61,927 nt of DNA from an uncultured bacterium (GTDB lineage Bacteria > Macinerneyibacteriota > Macinerneyibacteria > Macinerneyibacteriales > DSCS01), in NCBI GenBank assembly GCA_964548195.1, contig CAZJQC010000009.1, positions 1 to 61,927 of the forward strand, written 5' to 3'. A model generated the notes under the pieces. The model was given only the letters and a program-made list of their open reading frames with translations, was not told the origin of the DNA and did not search any database. Shown in pieces: positions 51,444-61,927 of this stretch (positions are counted from its first letter, which is position 1; the number at the start of each line of letters is the position of its first letter). Made by a program: the position numbers and the translations under genes.

Positions 51444-51624
51444 TTTTCCCGTAAGGACTTGTGTCATTTGCAGGGAAAAAAACCCGAAGTCGGAAATGAC
51501 CCGTTTTGTCAGCACCGAACAGGGACTCCTGGAGGGCGTCACATTACCCGGGCGCGGGTTTTATTTGTGCGGCAAGGAAAAATGCCGCAGCGTGTTCGAA
51601 AAAAAATGGAAAGTGAAGAGATAA
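51409..51624 (+). CDS. ylxR: YlxR/RnpM (DUF448) nucleic-acid-binding protein, short; start uncertain
   Basis: PVRTCVICRE, GRGFYLC...C; overlaps nusA 3' end. Confidence 0.8.
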   Translation: MAAKRVTLKKRDFPVRTCVICREKNPKSEMTRFVSTEQGLLEGVTLPGRGFYLCGKEKCRSVFEKKWKVKR

Positions 51625-51915
51625 ATGGATTTAAGTTTTTTGGGTCTTATGTATAAAGCACACAAGCTTCTGCTGGGAAGAAGCTCGGTTAAAATGGCAC
51701 TGGACAACGGGTCGTTGAAGCTTATAATAACCGCAAAGGATTTATCCCCGAGATACAAAAGAGATTTGCTCGAAAAAGCAGTCGAAAGGAATATTAAAAT
51801 TGTGGAAAAATGGGAAATGAAAGAGCTTGGAAGACTCTTCGGCAAGGGAGAGGTCGGAATCATAGGCATAATCGATAAAAAAGTCGCTGACAAAGTGATC
51901 GAGGGGGTGTTGTAA
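51625..51915 (+). CDS. L7Ae-family protein (YlxQ-like)
   Basis: FLGLMYKA.KL..G, IITAKDLS, ELGRLFGK. Confidence 0.85.
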   Translation: MDLSFLGLMYKAHKLLLGRSSVKMALDNGSLKLIITAKDLSPRYKRDLLEKAVERNIKIVEKWEMKELGRLFGKGEVGIIGIIDKKVADKVIEGVL

Positions 51916-54441
51916 GTGGAAGGAAAAATGAGGGTTTTCGAACTGGCGAAAGAGATCGGATATCCTTCTTCGGAACTGGTCGATTTTCTGGTGGAGGAAG
52001 GTGTTCAGATCAAGAACCACATGAGTTATATAGGTCCGTATGAGATCAGGATCATCAAGGAACACTATGGTGTGGTTTCGGAAAGCGATGAACCCGATCA
52101 CCCCGTCGCAAGAGTAAGAAAAAGAGCTAAGGTAGCGAAAAAAGAAGAGGCTAAAAAAGCGCAGGAAGAGAAAGCGGCTAAAAAGGCCGCGGAAGCGGCT
52201 GAAAAAGCGGCTGACGTACCTTCTGCCGCTGTTGAACCCGCCCCTGCAAAAGATGTGCCGGCTGAAACAGGCGCGCCCCTAGTCAAGGAGGCTGCGTCCG
52301 CACATATTGCCGACAAGGAGACCGCGCCGGTAAAAGAGGCGCAGGCCGCTGAGGATGTGGCGCCTCCCGTGGAAAAGAAAAAACCGGTCATTGAAGATGA
52401 CGATGAATCCGGCAAGGGTAAAAAAGTCAAAAAGGGAGAGGTAAAACAGTTTCCCAAAAAGAAGAAAGCCAAAAAGGGCGCTAAGAAAGAGGCGCAAAAG
52501 ACCTGGGAGGAGCATCTCGACTGGACCGATGAGGAGCGTGAGGCCGCAGCGGAACAGGCGAAAAGAGATGCCGAGCCCGCAAGGAAGATCAGCTGGTCTG
52601 AGATCATGAAAAACGAGGAAAAGGCAAACGCAAAATTAAAAGGCAAAAAGAAATCCAAAAAGGATGACAAACCTGAAACGGCGAAACTGTATCTGATGAA
52701 GGGCATCACCTATAGGGATTTTGCCGAAAGTATGGAACTTCGCCCCAAGGAACTCCTTGCCATACTGGCCAAGGAAGGGATAGAGGTCGAGGACCTGGAC
52801 AGTGCGATCGAAGAGGATTACGCCTATCTTATCGCCGAGGAATATAACAAGGAGCTTGGGCTCATAAAACATTTCGGCGATGATGTACTGCTGAAGGAAT
52901 ACGCCCAAAGCCCGAAAGCTCAGCCTGTGTCGCGTCCGCCCGTTGTCACTATTATGGGCCATGTCGACCATGGCAAGACCTCCATACTCGATTATATAAG
53001 ACATTCGCGTATTACTGAGGGTGAGTTCGGCGGGATTACACAGCATATAGGAGCCTACTCCGTGAAGACGGAAAAAGGCGAAATAACATTTATAGACACA
53101 CCCGGACATGCCGCGTTTACCGCAATGAGGGCCAGGGGCGCCAATATCACCGATATAGTCGTCCTTGTCGTGGCGGCCGATGACGGTGTCATGCCGCAGA
53201 CTATCGAGGCGGTCAATCATGCCAAAGCGGCCGGCGTGCCGGTAATAATAGCAGTAAACAAGATGGACCTTCCGGGCGCAAATCCGGACAGGGTAAAACA
53301 GGATCTTACACAATACGGCATCGTGCCCGAGGAATGGGGCGGCGAGAACCTTTTTGTCAACTGTTCGGCAAAGACCGGTGACGGTATTCCCGAACTGCTG
53401 GATATGATCATACTGCAGGGTGAGATGATGGAGCTGACAAGCTATGCCGATGTGCCGGCAAGAGGCATCGTCGTGGAATCAAATGTCCAAAAAGGCATAG
53501 GCAATGTCGCAACCATACTCATCAAGGAGGGTACGCTGTCCGTCGGCGATGTATTCGTCGTTGGAAATACTTTCGGAAAAGTACGCGGCCTTACCGATGA
53601 TATGGGTAAAAAGATCAAGACATTAAAAACAGGCAGGGCCGGCGAGGTCACTGGCCTTGAGGACCTTCCCGGCGCCGGGGACGATTTCGCGGTCATCAAT
53701 AATGAAAAGGCCGCCAGAAATATCGCCGACAGAAGGGCGTATTACCGCAAACGCAGCGACCAGATCAGAGACAAGGAATCTATTTCGCTGGAAGACCTCT
53801 TCGCCAGGATGAACGGTGAGGAAAAAGCCGAGTTGATCATCATCATAAAGGGCGATACGCAAGGTACCGTCGAGGCGATCATACAATCCATAGAAGGCAT
53901 GGACGTCAGCGAGATAGACATCAAAATACTGCATACCGGAGTGGGTATGGTGGCGGAGACGGACGTGAACCTCGCCATTACCGCGGGTGCCGTGATCACT
54001 GCTTTCAACGTGCGTGTGGATACCGCCGCGAGAAGGCTCGCTGAGGAAAACGGCGTTGAGATAAGGACATACAATATCATATATAATCTGCTGGAAGACC
54101 TGCATAAGGCGCTTGAAGGGATGCTCGAGCCGGAATCGGTGGAAGTATATCTCGGCACGGCCGAAGTCAGGCAGGTGTTCAAGGTCCCGAAGATCGGAGC
54201 GATCGGCGGATGTTACGTCAAAGACGGCAAGATCGTCAGAAACTGTGTAGCCAAACTCGTCCGCGACGGGCAATACATATGGGAGGGCAAGCTTTCTTCC
54301 CTGCAGCGCTTTAAGGATTCTGTCAAGGAAGTGGCTGAAGGTTATGAATGCGGTATCGGTCTTGAGGGCTTTAATGACATCAAGGACGGTGACCTCATAG
54401 AAGCCCATGTGATCGAGGAGAGGAAACGGACACTGGATTGA
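51916..54441 (+). CDS. infB: Translation initiation factor IF-2 (GTG start)
   Basis: [30 protein letters not shown]. Confidence 0.99.
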   Translation: MEGKMRVFELAKEIGYPSSELVDFLVEEGVQIKNHMSYIGPYEIRIIKEHYGVVSESDEPDHPVARVRKRAKVAKKEEAKKAQEEKAAKKAAEAAEKAADVPSAAVEPAPAKDVPAETGAPLVKEAASAHIADKETAPVKEAQAAEDVAPPVEKKKPVIEDDDESGKGKKVKKGEVKQFPKKKKAKKGAKKEAQKTWEEHLDWTDEEREAAAEQAKRDAEPARKISWSEIMKNEEKANAKLKGKKKSKKDDKPETAKLYLMKGITYRDFAESMELRPKELLAILAKEGIEVEDLDSAIEEDYAYLIAEEYNKELGLIKHFGDDVLLKEYAQSPKAQPVSRPPVVTIMGHVDHGKTSILDYIRHSRITEGEFGGITQHIGAYSVKTEKGEITFIDTPGHAAFTAMRARGANITDIVVLVVAADDGVMPQTIEAVNHAKAAGVPVIIAVNKMDLPGANPDRVKQDLTQYGIVPEEWGGENLFVNCSAKTGDGIPELLDMIILQGEMMELTSYADVPARGIVVESNVQKGIGNVATILIKEGTLSVGDVFVVGNTFGKVRGLTDDMGKKIKTLKTGRAGEVTGLEDLPGAGDDFAVINNEKAARNIADRRAYYRKRSDQIRDKESISLEDLFARMNGEEKAELIIIIKGDTQGTVEAIIQSIEGMDVSEIDIKILHTGVGMVAETDVNLAITAGAVITAFNVRVDTAARRLAEENGVEIRTYNIIYNLLEDLHKALEGMLEPESVEVYLGTAEVRQVFKVPKIGAIGGCYVKDGKIVRNCVAKLVRDGQYIWEGKLSSLQRFKDSVKEVAEGYECGIGLEGFNDIKDGDLIEAHVIEERKRTLD

Positions 54442-54442
54442 T

Positions 54443-54730
54443 ATGTTTGTCCTGATGGGAGATGCCGAATTGTATCTCCACGGGGTGCGAAACCTGAAAC
54501 AAAAACGGATGATTCTGAAAAGCTGCAAGGATCACATGAAGAATAAGTTTGATTTGATCGTGCGGGAAGACAGGTTTAAGGATAAGTGGCAGCGAACAGC
54601 GCTGGTCTTTGTCAGCGCAGCCGATGACCGTGATCTTCTCGTGCGTCTCTTTGAAGACGCTCTTGAATTCATATCACGAAAATACGATGTCGATATTCTT
54701 GAAGAAAACAGAGAAATAATCTGTTTGTGA
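54443..54730 (+). CDS. DUF503 (YlxP-like) protein
   Basis: NLKQKRMILKS, DKWQR; position infB-ylxP-rbfA. Confidence 0.8.
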   Translation: MFVLMGDAELYLHGVRNLKQKRMILKSCKDHMKNKFDLIVREDRFKDKWQRTALVFVSAADDRDLLVRLFEDALEFISRKYDVDILEENREIICL

Positions 54731-54737
54731 GGTGATC

Positions 54738-55124
54738 ATGAAAAAATACACAAGGATGGACCGGCTTAATAAACTTTCAAAGTCGGTGCTTGGCGAGATA
54801 ATTGAGGAACTGTATCCCTATGAGGAATACGGGATGATTACGGTCACGGAAGTGGATCTGTCAAAAGACCTGCGCCATGCTAAAGTATATATATCCATAT
54901 TTCTGGAGGACACGCATAAGAAAAGCGAAGATGATGTGGTCGAAAAATTGAAAAAAGACGAATACCGCATTAAAAAGGGACTCGTTGACCGTATACGGAT
55001 GAAATATACGCCAGAGTTGAGATTTATACCCGATGAGACTCAAAAACAGGCGGATGAGATATACAGATTGCTTGAGAATGATAAGGAGACAGGGGATGAA
55101 AGACCGTATAGCAGCGATACTTGA
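54738..55124 (+). CDS. rbfA: Ribosome-binding factor A
   Basis: ITVTEVDLSKDLRHAKVY, KYTPELRF..D. Confidence 0.95.
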   Translation: MKKYTRMDRLNKLSKSVLGEIIEELYPYEEYGMITVTEVDLSKDLRHAKVYISIFLEDTHKKSEDDVVEKLKKDEYRIKKGLVDRIRMKYTPELRFIPDETQKQADEIYRLLENDKETGDERPYSSDT

Positions 55125-56046
55125 GTATCTTGAAAGACATGACCGTTACGTGGTCACAGGCCACGTCAAGCCCGACGGTGATTCATGCGGTGCTGTCGTC
55201 GCACTGACACTGTTCCTGAGAGCCATGGGAAAAGAGGCCTCAATATACGCGCCGGAATCCTTTCCGGGCGAATATCGTTTTCTGCTTGAAGGCGTCGAAC
55301 CCGGAAAATGTTTTCGGGATGGCCGGATACTGCTGGCTCTTGACTGCGGCGATATTGAAAGAATTGCATGTGACGGTGATATTGACGAGAAAATGGTCGT
55401 GAATATCGATCACCATGCGGGCAACAACGGTTTCGGAGCAATCAGTCTGGTCAATCCCGACGCTTCTTCTGTCTGTGAGATAGTCTATGATATGATAAGG
55501 CAATCGGGCGCAACGCCTGAAAAAAGGATATATGAAGCCCTTTATGTCGGCATCATGACCGATACAGGCAATTTTACGTTCTCAAACGCGGGCGCGTCCA
55601 CATTCGCCGCTGTATCTGAAATAGTCAGCGTCATCGGGGACCCGTCACCGCTTAATATCGCGGTGTATTCATCGAAACCGCTTGCCAAGATACGACTCAC
55701 CGGCCTTGTCATGAACAGAGCCGAGGCTTATTGCGGCGGGAAACTGCTGATCAGCACAGTTACACTGGCCGACATGGCGGCGTACGGGATTGGCGAAAAC
55801 GATTTTGACGGCATCATAGACAGACTCCGGGACGTGGCCGGGGTCGAAGTGTATATATTGCTTAAAGAGAAAGAGGGCGGCAAAGTGCGTCTTTCATTGA
55901 GATCCAAGGGGCGTGTGCCGGTCAACGGTTTCGCCGCTTTGCTGGAAAGCGGGGGCGGGCACAGCTTCGCCGCCGGCGCGACATCTTCAGGGACATTGGA
56001 AGAGGTCAGAGCCGAAACTGTCAAATACTGGGAACGGATACTATGA
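55096..56046 (+). CDS. nrnA: DHH/DHHA1 phosphoesterase (NrnA-like nanoRNase/pAp phosphatase)
   Basis: H..PDGDS, NIDHH, TDTGNF, SLRS, GGGH..AAG. Confidence 0.9.
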   Translation: MKDRIAAILEYLERHDRYVVTGHVKPDGDSCGAVVALTLFLRAMGKEASIYAPESFPGEYRFLLEGVEPGKCFRDGRILLALDCGDIERIACDGDIDEKMVVNIDHHAGNNGFGAISLVNPDASSVCEIVYDMIRQSGATPEKRIYEALYVGIMTDTGNFTFSNAGASTFAAVSEIVSVIGDPSPLNIAVYSSKPLAKIRLTGLVMNRAEAYCGGKLLISTVTLADMAAYGIGENDFDGIIDRLRDVAGVEVYILLKEKEGGKVRLSLRSKGRVPVNGFAALLESGGGHSFAAGATSSGTLEEVRAETVKYWERIL

Positions 56047-56930
56047 ACTGCGTATTGATACTCGATAAACCGGAGGGACTTACCTCGTACGACTGTATAA
56101 GAAAACTGAAACCGTTGCTGGACAAGGGGACTAAGATCGGACATGCCGGCACACTGGACCCCATGGCGACCGGAGTGCTGCCCATACTGATTGGCAAGAC
56201 CACCAAGCTTTTTGATCTCTTTACGGGGAAAGAAAAGACCTATATAGGGGAGATGACATTCGGGATAAAGACGGATACCGCGGATATAACAGGAACGATA
56301 ACAGAGAAAGCCGCACACAGTGTCAGAACGGCCGAAGAGCTTGAAGAGGCTTTCGCGTCCTTTGTGGGGGGATACCTTCAGGTGCCTCCGGTGTACAGCG
56401 CCAAAAAGAAAAACGGCAAAAGGATGCATGAATTGGCCCGTTCGGAGGACCCGACCGCGCTGCCGGACATCGAACCCGAATTTGTGGAGCTTTTTTCATA
56501 TCATATATACCATTATGAACCGGAGACTCAGAAACTGATTTTCGGGCTTGATGTGGGCAAGGGTTTTTATGTGCGCAGCTTCGCGGAAGATGTCGCCGCG
56601 TATTTGGGCGAGCTTGCCACATTGAGTTCTCTCCGGCGTGTGAAGACCGGTTATTTTTCGCTGGACAAAGCGGTAAAAATGGATAGTATTGTATCCCGAG
56701 GGGACATTGAACAGGCATCATTGTCCGTGGAAGAGGCTACCGCCAACCTGCCCACACTGAAAGTCAATGACACAATGGCAGAAAAGGTCTTAAACGGATC
56801 CAAGATGAAATTGGCAGCATTTAATGATCTCAATGGTTATATGAGGGTCGTGGACAAGAATGACGGTATTCTTGCGATCGGCTTCTCACATTATGGCGAT
56901 TTTAAATACATCGCCGTATTAGGAGATTGA
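56043..56930 (+). CDS. truB: tRNA pseudouridine(55) synthase
   Basis: LDKPEGLTS, GHAGTLDPMATGVL, PP.YSAKK. Confidence 0.97.
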   Translation: MNCVLILDKPEGLTSYDCIRKLKPLLDKGTKIGHAGTLDPMATGVLPILIGKTTKLFDLFTGKEKTYIGEMTFGIKTDTADITGTITEKAAHSVRTAEELEEAFASFVGGYLQVPPVYSAKKKNGKRMHELARSEDPTALPDIEPEFVELFSYHIYHYEPETQKLIFGLDVGKGFYVRSFAEDVAAYLGELATLSSLRRVKTGYFSLDKAVKMDSIVSRGDIEQASLSVEEATANLPTLKVNDTMAEKVLNGSKMKLAAFNDLNGYMRVVDKNDGILAIGFSHYGDFKYIAVLGD

Positions 56931-56932
56931 GT

Positions 56933-57883
56933 ATGAATATATACAATGACCTGAGTCAGATCGAGAAAAAGAGATATGTCGTGACCGTCGGTATGTTTGA
57001 CGGCATACACAAAGGGCATCAGCATCTGATTCATGTGATGAAACAGAAAGCCCGTGAACTGAGACTTGAGACCATGGTGTTTACATTTGATATACATCCC
57101 AAGAGAGTACTCCATTCGGACCCGCCTAAAAAGATACTCACCAAAGACGACAGGACTGAGATATTCAGAGCGCTTGGAGTGGACAACGTTGTGTTTTCTT
57201 CCTTCAATAAGGAGATAGCCCATATGTCCGCAACGGAGTTCGTGGAAAAAGTCTTTGTGGAAAAACTCAATGTGGCGGCGGTTATCATCGGGGACAATCA
57301 CAGATTCGGCAACAAACAGCAAGGCGATTACCATTTCCTCGAAAAGATATCCGAAAAATACGGTTTTGATGTATGCAGGGTGTCTCATGTATTGTATGAT
57401 GACAAAAGGATCAGCAGCACGTGGATCAGGCAGACCATACTCCAGGGTAAGTTAAGGCTGACAAGGGAATTGCTGGACAGGTTTTACTTTATCAAGGGTA
57501 TCGTGGTCAACGGCGACGGCCGGGGCGGAGATCTGGGATTTCCTACGGCGAATCTTGACGATATTGAGACAAAGCTGCCCTTTGACGGCATATATTCGTC
57601 TTTTGTGGAATACGGAGGGCGCAAGATGCCGGCCATGACCTATATAGGTTACTCGCCCACCTTTGACGGCGAAAAAAGAAAAGTTGAAGTGCATATATTT
57701 GATTTTGACGAGAAAATATACGGAGAGGAAATCAAAGTGTATTTCGTCGCCAAAATAAGAGACGATGCGAAGTTTGATAACATCGAAGACCTTAAAAGGA
57801 AACTGATGATAGACAAAAACATCACTCTCAATATTCTGGCGGACGAGGATCTGTTGTTCGAAGCACCCATATCTATGAGATGA
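56933..57883 (+). CDS. ribF: Bifunctional riboflavin kinase/FAD synthetase
   Basis: GMFDGIHKGHQ, ISST.IR, LGFPTANL, EVHIFDF. Confidence 0.97.
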   Translation: MNIYNDLSQIEKKRYVVTVGMFDGIHKGHQHLIHVMKQKARELRLETMVFTFDIHPKRVLHSDPPKKILTKDDRTEIFRALGVDNVVFSSFNKEIAHMSATEFVEKVFVEKLNVAAVIIGDNHRFGNKQQGDYHFLEKISEKYGFDVCRVSHVLYDDKRISSTWIRQTILQGKLRLTRELLDRFYFIKGIVVNGDGRGGDLGFPTANLDDIETKLPFDGIYSSFVEYGGRKMPAMTYIGYSPTFDGEKRKVEVHIFDFDEKIYGEEIKVYFVAKIRDDAKFDNIEDLKRKLMIDKNITLNILADEDLLFEAPISMR

Positions 57884-57929
57884 TGATAATATCATCCCTT
57901 GGAATGTGGAAAAAAGGAGGTAAATAGTC

Positions 57930-58199
57930 ATGTCAATCAACAAAGAACAGAAAGTGGAAATGATTAAGAAATTCGGCGGTTCTGAGACAAATTCAGGATC
58001 ATCCGAGGTGCAGATCGCGCTGCTAACGGCGCGTATTAACGATCTCCAGGCTCATTTTAAAGATCATCCTAAGGATCATCATTCAAGAAGAGGTTTGTTG
58101 AAAATGGTTGGTAAAAGGAGAAGATTATTGAGATATCTCATGAAAAAGGATATCAACAAATATCGTGAACTTATTGTTGAGCTTGGTATAAGGGGGTAA
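57930..58199 (+). CDS. rpsO: 30S ribosomal protein S15
   Basis: [25 protein letters not shown]. Confidence 0.99.
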   Translation: MSINKEQKVEMIKKFGGSETNSGSSEVQIALLTARINDLQAHFKDHPKDHHSRRGLLKMVGKRRRLLRYLMKKDINKYRELIVELGIRG

Positions 58200-58201
58200 T
58201 A

Positions 58202-60301
58202 ATGCCTTATACTGTAAGTAAGGAACTGGGTGGAAAGACTCTATCCATAGAAACAGGACGCATGGCCAAACAGGCCGACGGATCCTGTGTTGTCAGGTAT
58301 GGAGACACAATGGTGCTCGTCACAGCAGTCGGCTCAAGGCAGCAAAGTCCCATGGACTTTTTTCCGCTGACCGTGGAGTACCGCGAGAAAAGGTATGCCG
58401 CAGGTAAGATACCCGGGGGATTCTTCAAGAGAGAAGGGCGTCCCGGAGAAGACGAGACGCTGTCCGCCCGTATGATAGACCGGCCTATACGGCCTCTGTT
58501 TGAGGACGATTTTCAGAACGAGGTCCAGGTGATCGCTTATGTCATATCTTCGGACAAGGAAAACATAGCCGATGTGCTGGGAATAATAGGCGCGTCTCAG
58601 GCCCTGATGCTTTCCGGGCTTCCGTTCCACGGACCGGTCGCCGGAGTGAGAGTGGGTTATATAGACGGGGAATATGTGATCAATCCCACCTATTCGCAGC
58701 TTCAGGATAGCGTCATGGACATGATAGTGGCCGGAACCGATAAAGCCGTCACCATGGTCGAAGGCTTTATTGACAAACTGCCGGAAGACATCGTGCTTGA
58801 AGGCATACTGCAGGCTCACGAAGAGATCAAGAAGATCTGCGCTCTGCAGATGGAACTTGTGGGGCAGACCGGAAAAAAAGAATACACATATGAACCTTTT
58901 GACCTGCCTTCAGAGCTCAGCGCCAGAGCGGAGGAGCTCACAAGCGAGGACATGAAAAAGGCATCATATATGACCGGAAAACTCGAAAGAGCTGATTTTG
59001 TCTCAGCCGTCTACGGCGAAGCGAAAAAAGTACTGACAGAAGAGTTTCCCGATACCGATCCGAGAAAGATCGGCGTCGCATTGCACAACGTGGAAAAAAG
59101 ATGCGTCAGGGAAAAACTGGTCGAAGATAAAAAACGCGTTGACGGCAGAGCTTTCGACGAGGTAAGGCCCATCAGCATAGAGACAGGCGTATTGCCGCGC
59201 GCTCACGGGTCAGCGCTGTTCACCAGAGGCGAGACACAGGCTCTGGTGGTCGTCACCCTCGGAACGGAAGGGGATGTGCAGCGTATGGACGAACTTAAGG
59301 GTGAATCCAAAAAAAGATTCATGCTGCATTATAATTTCCCCCCGTTCAGCGTAAATGAAGTAAAACGCATCGGATCCGTGGGGCGCAGGGAAATAGGACA
59401 TGGAATGCTCGCGGAAAGGGCTCTTATACCCGTTCTTCCCGCACAGGAGGAATTCCCCTATACTGTCAGGATAGTGTCCGATATCATGGAATCCAACGGT
59501 TCCTCTTCCATGGCCAGTGTTTGCGGCGGTTCGCTCTCACTGATGGATGCGGGAGCGCCGGTTTCCGACGCCGTGGCAGGCACTGCCATGGGCCTTATAA
59601 AAGAGGGCGACGATTTTATCATATTGACTGATATTACAGGTCTGGAAGATCATCTTGGAGATATGGATTTCAAGATCGCCGGCACAAAGGACGCCATAAC
59701 CGCAATACAGATGGATATAAAGATCGAGGGCGTGAACAGGGAAATCATGAAGACGGCGCTTGAGCAGGCGAAAAAAGGCAGACTGCATATACTTGATAAG
59801 ATGACAGAAGCCCTGGCCGAACCAAGAGCCGAAAGATCTCCTTACGCACCCAGCATCGTCGTGGTGAAGGTCCCCGTCGACAGAATAGGGGATATAATCG
59901 GACCCGGCGGAAAAAACATCAAAGCCTTGTCGGAAGAGACTAATTCCGAGATATGGATAGATGAGGACGGCACCGTGCAGATCTCTTCACTGAACGGCGA
60001 AGACGGCAAGGAAGCCGCCCGCAGGATCGCTGCAACCGTGAAAGTATACGGCGTGGACGATATCGTAAACGGCACCGTTGACAAGATAATGGACTTCGGA
60101 GCGTTCTGTAAACTGGAAAACGGCAAATCCGCGCTTGTCCATATTTCCGAAATATCAAAGAAAAGAATACCGGCCGTGGCGGACGCACTCAGCGTCGGCG
60201 ATAAGATCACAGCTAAGATCATAAAGATCGACGACCTCGGACGTATAAACATCAGTATAAAGAGACTTGAGGAAAAAGAAAACAACGATGACCAAGACTG
60301 A
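58202..60301 (+). CDS. pnp: Polyribonucleotide nucleotidyltransferase
   Basis: FFPLTVEYRE, RREIGHG, SNGSSSMASVC, GDMDFK, KH and S1 domains. Confidence 0.99.
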   Translation: MPYTVSKELGGKTLSIETGRMAKQADGSCVVRYGDTMVLVTAVGSRQQSPMDFFPLTVEYREKRYAAGKIPGGFFKREGRPGEDETLSARMIDRPIRPLFEDDFQNEVQVIAYVISSDKENIADVLGIIGASQALMLSGLPFHGPVAGVRVGYIDGEYVINPTYSQLQDSVMDMIVAGTDKAVTMVEGFIDKLPEDIVLEGILQAHEEIKKICALQMELVGQTGKKEYTYEPFDLPSELSARAEELTSEDMKKASYMTGKLERADFVSAVYGEAKKVLTEEFPDTDPRKIGVALHNVEKRCVREKLVEDKKRVDGRAFDEVRPISIETGVLPRAHGSALFTRGETQALVVVTLGTEGDVQRMDELKGESKKRFMLHYNFPPFSVNEVKRIGSVGRREIGHGMLAERALIPVLPAQEEFPYTVRIVSDIMESNGSSSMASVCGGSLSLMDAGAPVSDAVAGTAMGLIKEGDDFIILTDITGLEDHLGDMDFKIAGTKDAITAIQMDIKIEGVNREIMKTALEQAKKGRLHILDKMTEALAEPRAERSPYAPSIVVVKVPVDRIGDIIGPGGKNIKALSEETNSEIWIDEDGTVQISSLNGEDGKEAARRIAATVKVYGVDDIVNGTVDKIMDFGAFCKLENGKSALVHISEISKKRIPAVADALSVGDKITAKIIKIDDLGRINISIKRLEEKENNDDQD

Positions 60302-61595
60302 TGTCAACAGGGAATTATTCGTATCCAACGGCTTCGCCGTTGGGTACGAACGGATCCCCTCGATCAACTCCTTTAACATAGGGGTCATGTTCAAAGTCGG
60401 CTCCTATCATGAGCCGGAAGAGCTTTCCGGCATCACCCATCTTATAGAGCATACTCTTTTCAAAAGAACAAAAAATTATTCCAACAGAGAGCTTGTGTAC
60501 AGAATAGAGGGGCTGGGCGGCGATTTCGATGCGTTTACGGGCCATGAAGGTGTGACCGTGACCATACGTATACTGAAAAAATACTGGAAAGAAGCGATAG
60601 AACTGATGTTCGAGATACTTATGAACGCAGTTTTTGATCCCGAAGACTTAAAATCAGAAAAAAAAGTAATACTCGAAGAAATAGAGATGTACAAGGATAC
60701 GCCCCATGATCACCTTTTTGAGCTCTTTTCCGATTCTTTCTGGAAAGGTTCGCCGCTGGGCCGGTCCGTGCTGGGCACAAAAGAAAGCCTTGAATCCATA
60801 AGCGCCCCGGCCGTAAGAGATTATTACAAGAAATACTTTACTCCCTCAAACGCTTTGATCTCGGTCGCCGGCGATCTGCCTGCGGAAGAGCTGAAAAGCG
60901 AGCTTCTTAAATATTCATTTCCGTCAGAGGGAGAGGAAGTCTCCGATCTGATGCCGGCAGCCGAGACATTCGGGTTGTCCTATACAAAGAACAAAAGGCT
61001 CAGACAGTCGCATATGCTTATCTATTTTCCCGGCGTCACATACAGCGACGATTCAAGATATGCCTACTATATTACGAATGCGATATTGGGAGCCACCGAT
61101 TTTTCACTCTTTAATCAGGAGATCAGAGAAGAAAGAGGTTTGGCTTACAATCTTTATTCAGACCTCATACTATATCCTTCCACAGGCGTCTTTCTCTTCT
61201 ATGTGGGATTCAACCCGGGCAGGTTCGATGAACTGGGCGAAGGGCTTATCAAGCTGTTCAAGGCTCTCAGGACAAACGGCATCGACGAAGAACTGCTTAC
61301 CGTCGCCAAAAACTATGTCACCGCAAAACATGTGTTTTCCCTGGACGTCATCTATAATATAATGGAAAAAAACGGTGCCTACATCAGAAGATACGGGGTA
61401 TTTCCGGACTACGACGAGATCATAGCAAATATCGAAAAAGTCACACTGGAGGATGTCAGGGAAGTGATATCAAAATACCTTTTTTCAGGAAGATTCGGCA
61501 TCACTTATTATGGCAGTAATGACAAAAAGGAAGTGAATGACCTATGGAAAAAATTAAAGTCCGGGTTCTCAGAGATGAAGGCTCAAAAGAAATAG
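60288..61595 (+). CDS. M16 (pitrilysin-family) zinc peptidase
   Basis: HLIEH inverted zincin motif, IREERGLAY; usual position after pnp. Confidence 0.93.
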   Translation: MTKTDVNRELFVSNGFAVGYERIPSINSFNIGVMFKVGSYHEPEELSGITHLIEHTLFKRTKNYSNRELVYRIEGLGGDFDAFTGHEGVTVTIRILKKYWKEAIELMFEILMNAVFDPEDLKSEKKVILEEIEMYKDTPHDHLFELFSDSFWKGSPLGRSVLGTKESLESISAPAVRDYYKKYFTPSNALISVAGDLPAEELKSELLKYSFPSEGEEVSDLMPAAETFGLSYTKNKRLRQSHMLIYFPGVTYSDDSRYAYYITNAILGATDFSLFNQEIREERGLAYNLYSDLILYPSTGVFLFYVGFNPGRFDELGEGLIKLFKALRTNGIDEELLTVAKNYVTAKHVFSLDVIYNIMEKNGAYIRRYGVFPDYDEIIANIEKVTLEDVREVISKYLFSGRFGITYYGSNDKKEVNDLWKKLKSGFSEMKAQKK

Positions 61596-61927
61596 AACTT
61601 CCACGCTATATGAGCGAACACGCCGCCGGCATGGATGTCCGTTCATCCGAAAGTCTGATCATAGAACCCGGGAAAACAGCGCTGGTCAAGACCGGCCTCT
61701 ATCTGGAGGTGCCCGCAGGCTATGAGATGCAGGTGCGGCCCAGAAGCGGACTCGCCCTAAAAAAAGGGGTGATCGTGCCCAATTCACCCGGTACCATAGA
61801 TGCCGACTATCGCGGTGAAGTGGGTATTATACTCATGAACTGCGGCGAGGACGATTTCCCGGTCGAACCGGGCGACAGGATAGCCCAGCTGGTATTGTCA
61901 CGGGTGTACACATGCCAATGGGAAGAA
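61544..61927 (+). CDS. dut: dUTP diphosphatase, 3' truncated by window edge, absent from ORF track
   Basis: Manual translation: [33 protein letters not shown]. Confidence 0.95.
   Translation, partial: MEKIKVRVLRDEGSKEIELPRYMSEHAAGMDVRSSESLIIEPGKTALVKTGLYLEVPAGYEMQVRPRSGLALKKGVIVPNSPGTIDADYRGEVGIILMNCGEDDFPVEPGDRIAQLVLSRVYTCQWEE

Noticed and set aside
52130..52660. Ala/Lys/Glu-rich repetitive stretch
   Set aside because: Normal low-complexity IF-2 N-terminal linker; no exact DNA tandem repeat
57878..57929. GATGAT-AAT-ATCATC palindrome before rpsO as an S15 leader
   Set aside because: Too short and AT-rich to assign; may simply be an extended -10 element (TGATAATAT)

Overview
Bacterial chromosomal window of moderate GC, probably from a diderm: it encodes a predicted outer-membrane beta-barrel with a C-terminal Phe. 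The phylum cannot be assigned from the sequence alone. There are three blocks. (1) Positions 1-32.7 kb are an uninterrupted translation/transcription super-cluster: tRNA-Thr, tuf, rpmG, tRNA-Trp, secE, nusG, rplKAJL, rpoBC, str, S10, spc and alpha operons, then an ftsB/divIC-like gene and two tRNA-Met genes. (2) Positions 32.7-49.4 kb are an accessory block. It holds an orphan GlmL/MutL-type ASKHA ATPase module with three uncharacterised partners plus cdd; a FadR(YsiA)-like TetR operon with a perfect FadR box, an MMPL/RND transporter, a LolA-like periplasmic protein and an outer-membrane beta-barrel; an exported ankyrin cluster; a secreted metallophosphoesterase-CBM9-like fusion; a nitroreductase; and RluA. 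(3) Positions 49.5-61.9 kb are rimP-nusA-ylxR-L7Ae-infB-ylxP-rbfA-nrnA-truB-ribF-rpsO-pnp-M16 peptidase-dut (partial). The best candidates for undescribed systems are the FadR-box-controlled trans-envelope lipid transport operon (37.7-43.5 kb) and the mutase-less GlmL module (33.4-37.6 kb). No CRISPR array, integrase or transposase was seen. All family calls come from motif recognition by eye; no database searches were run.
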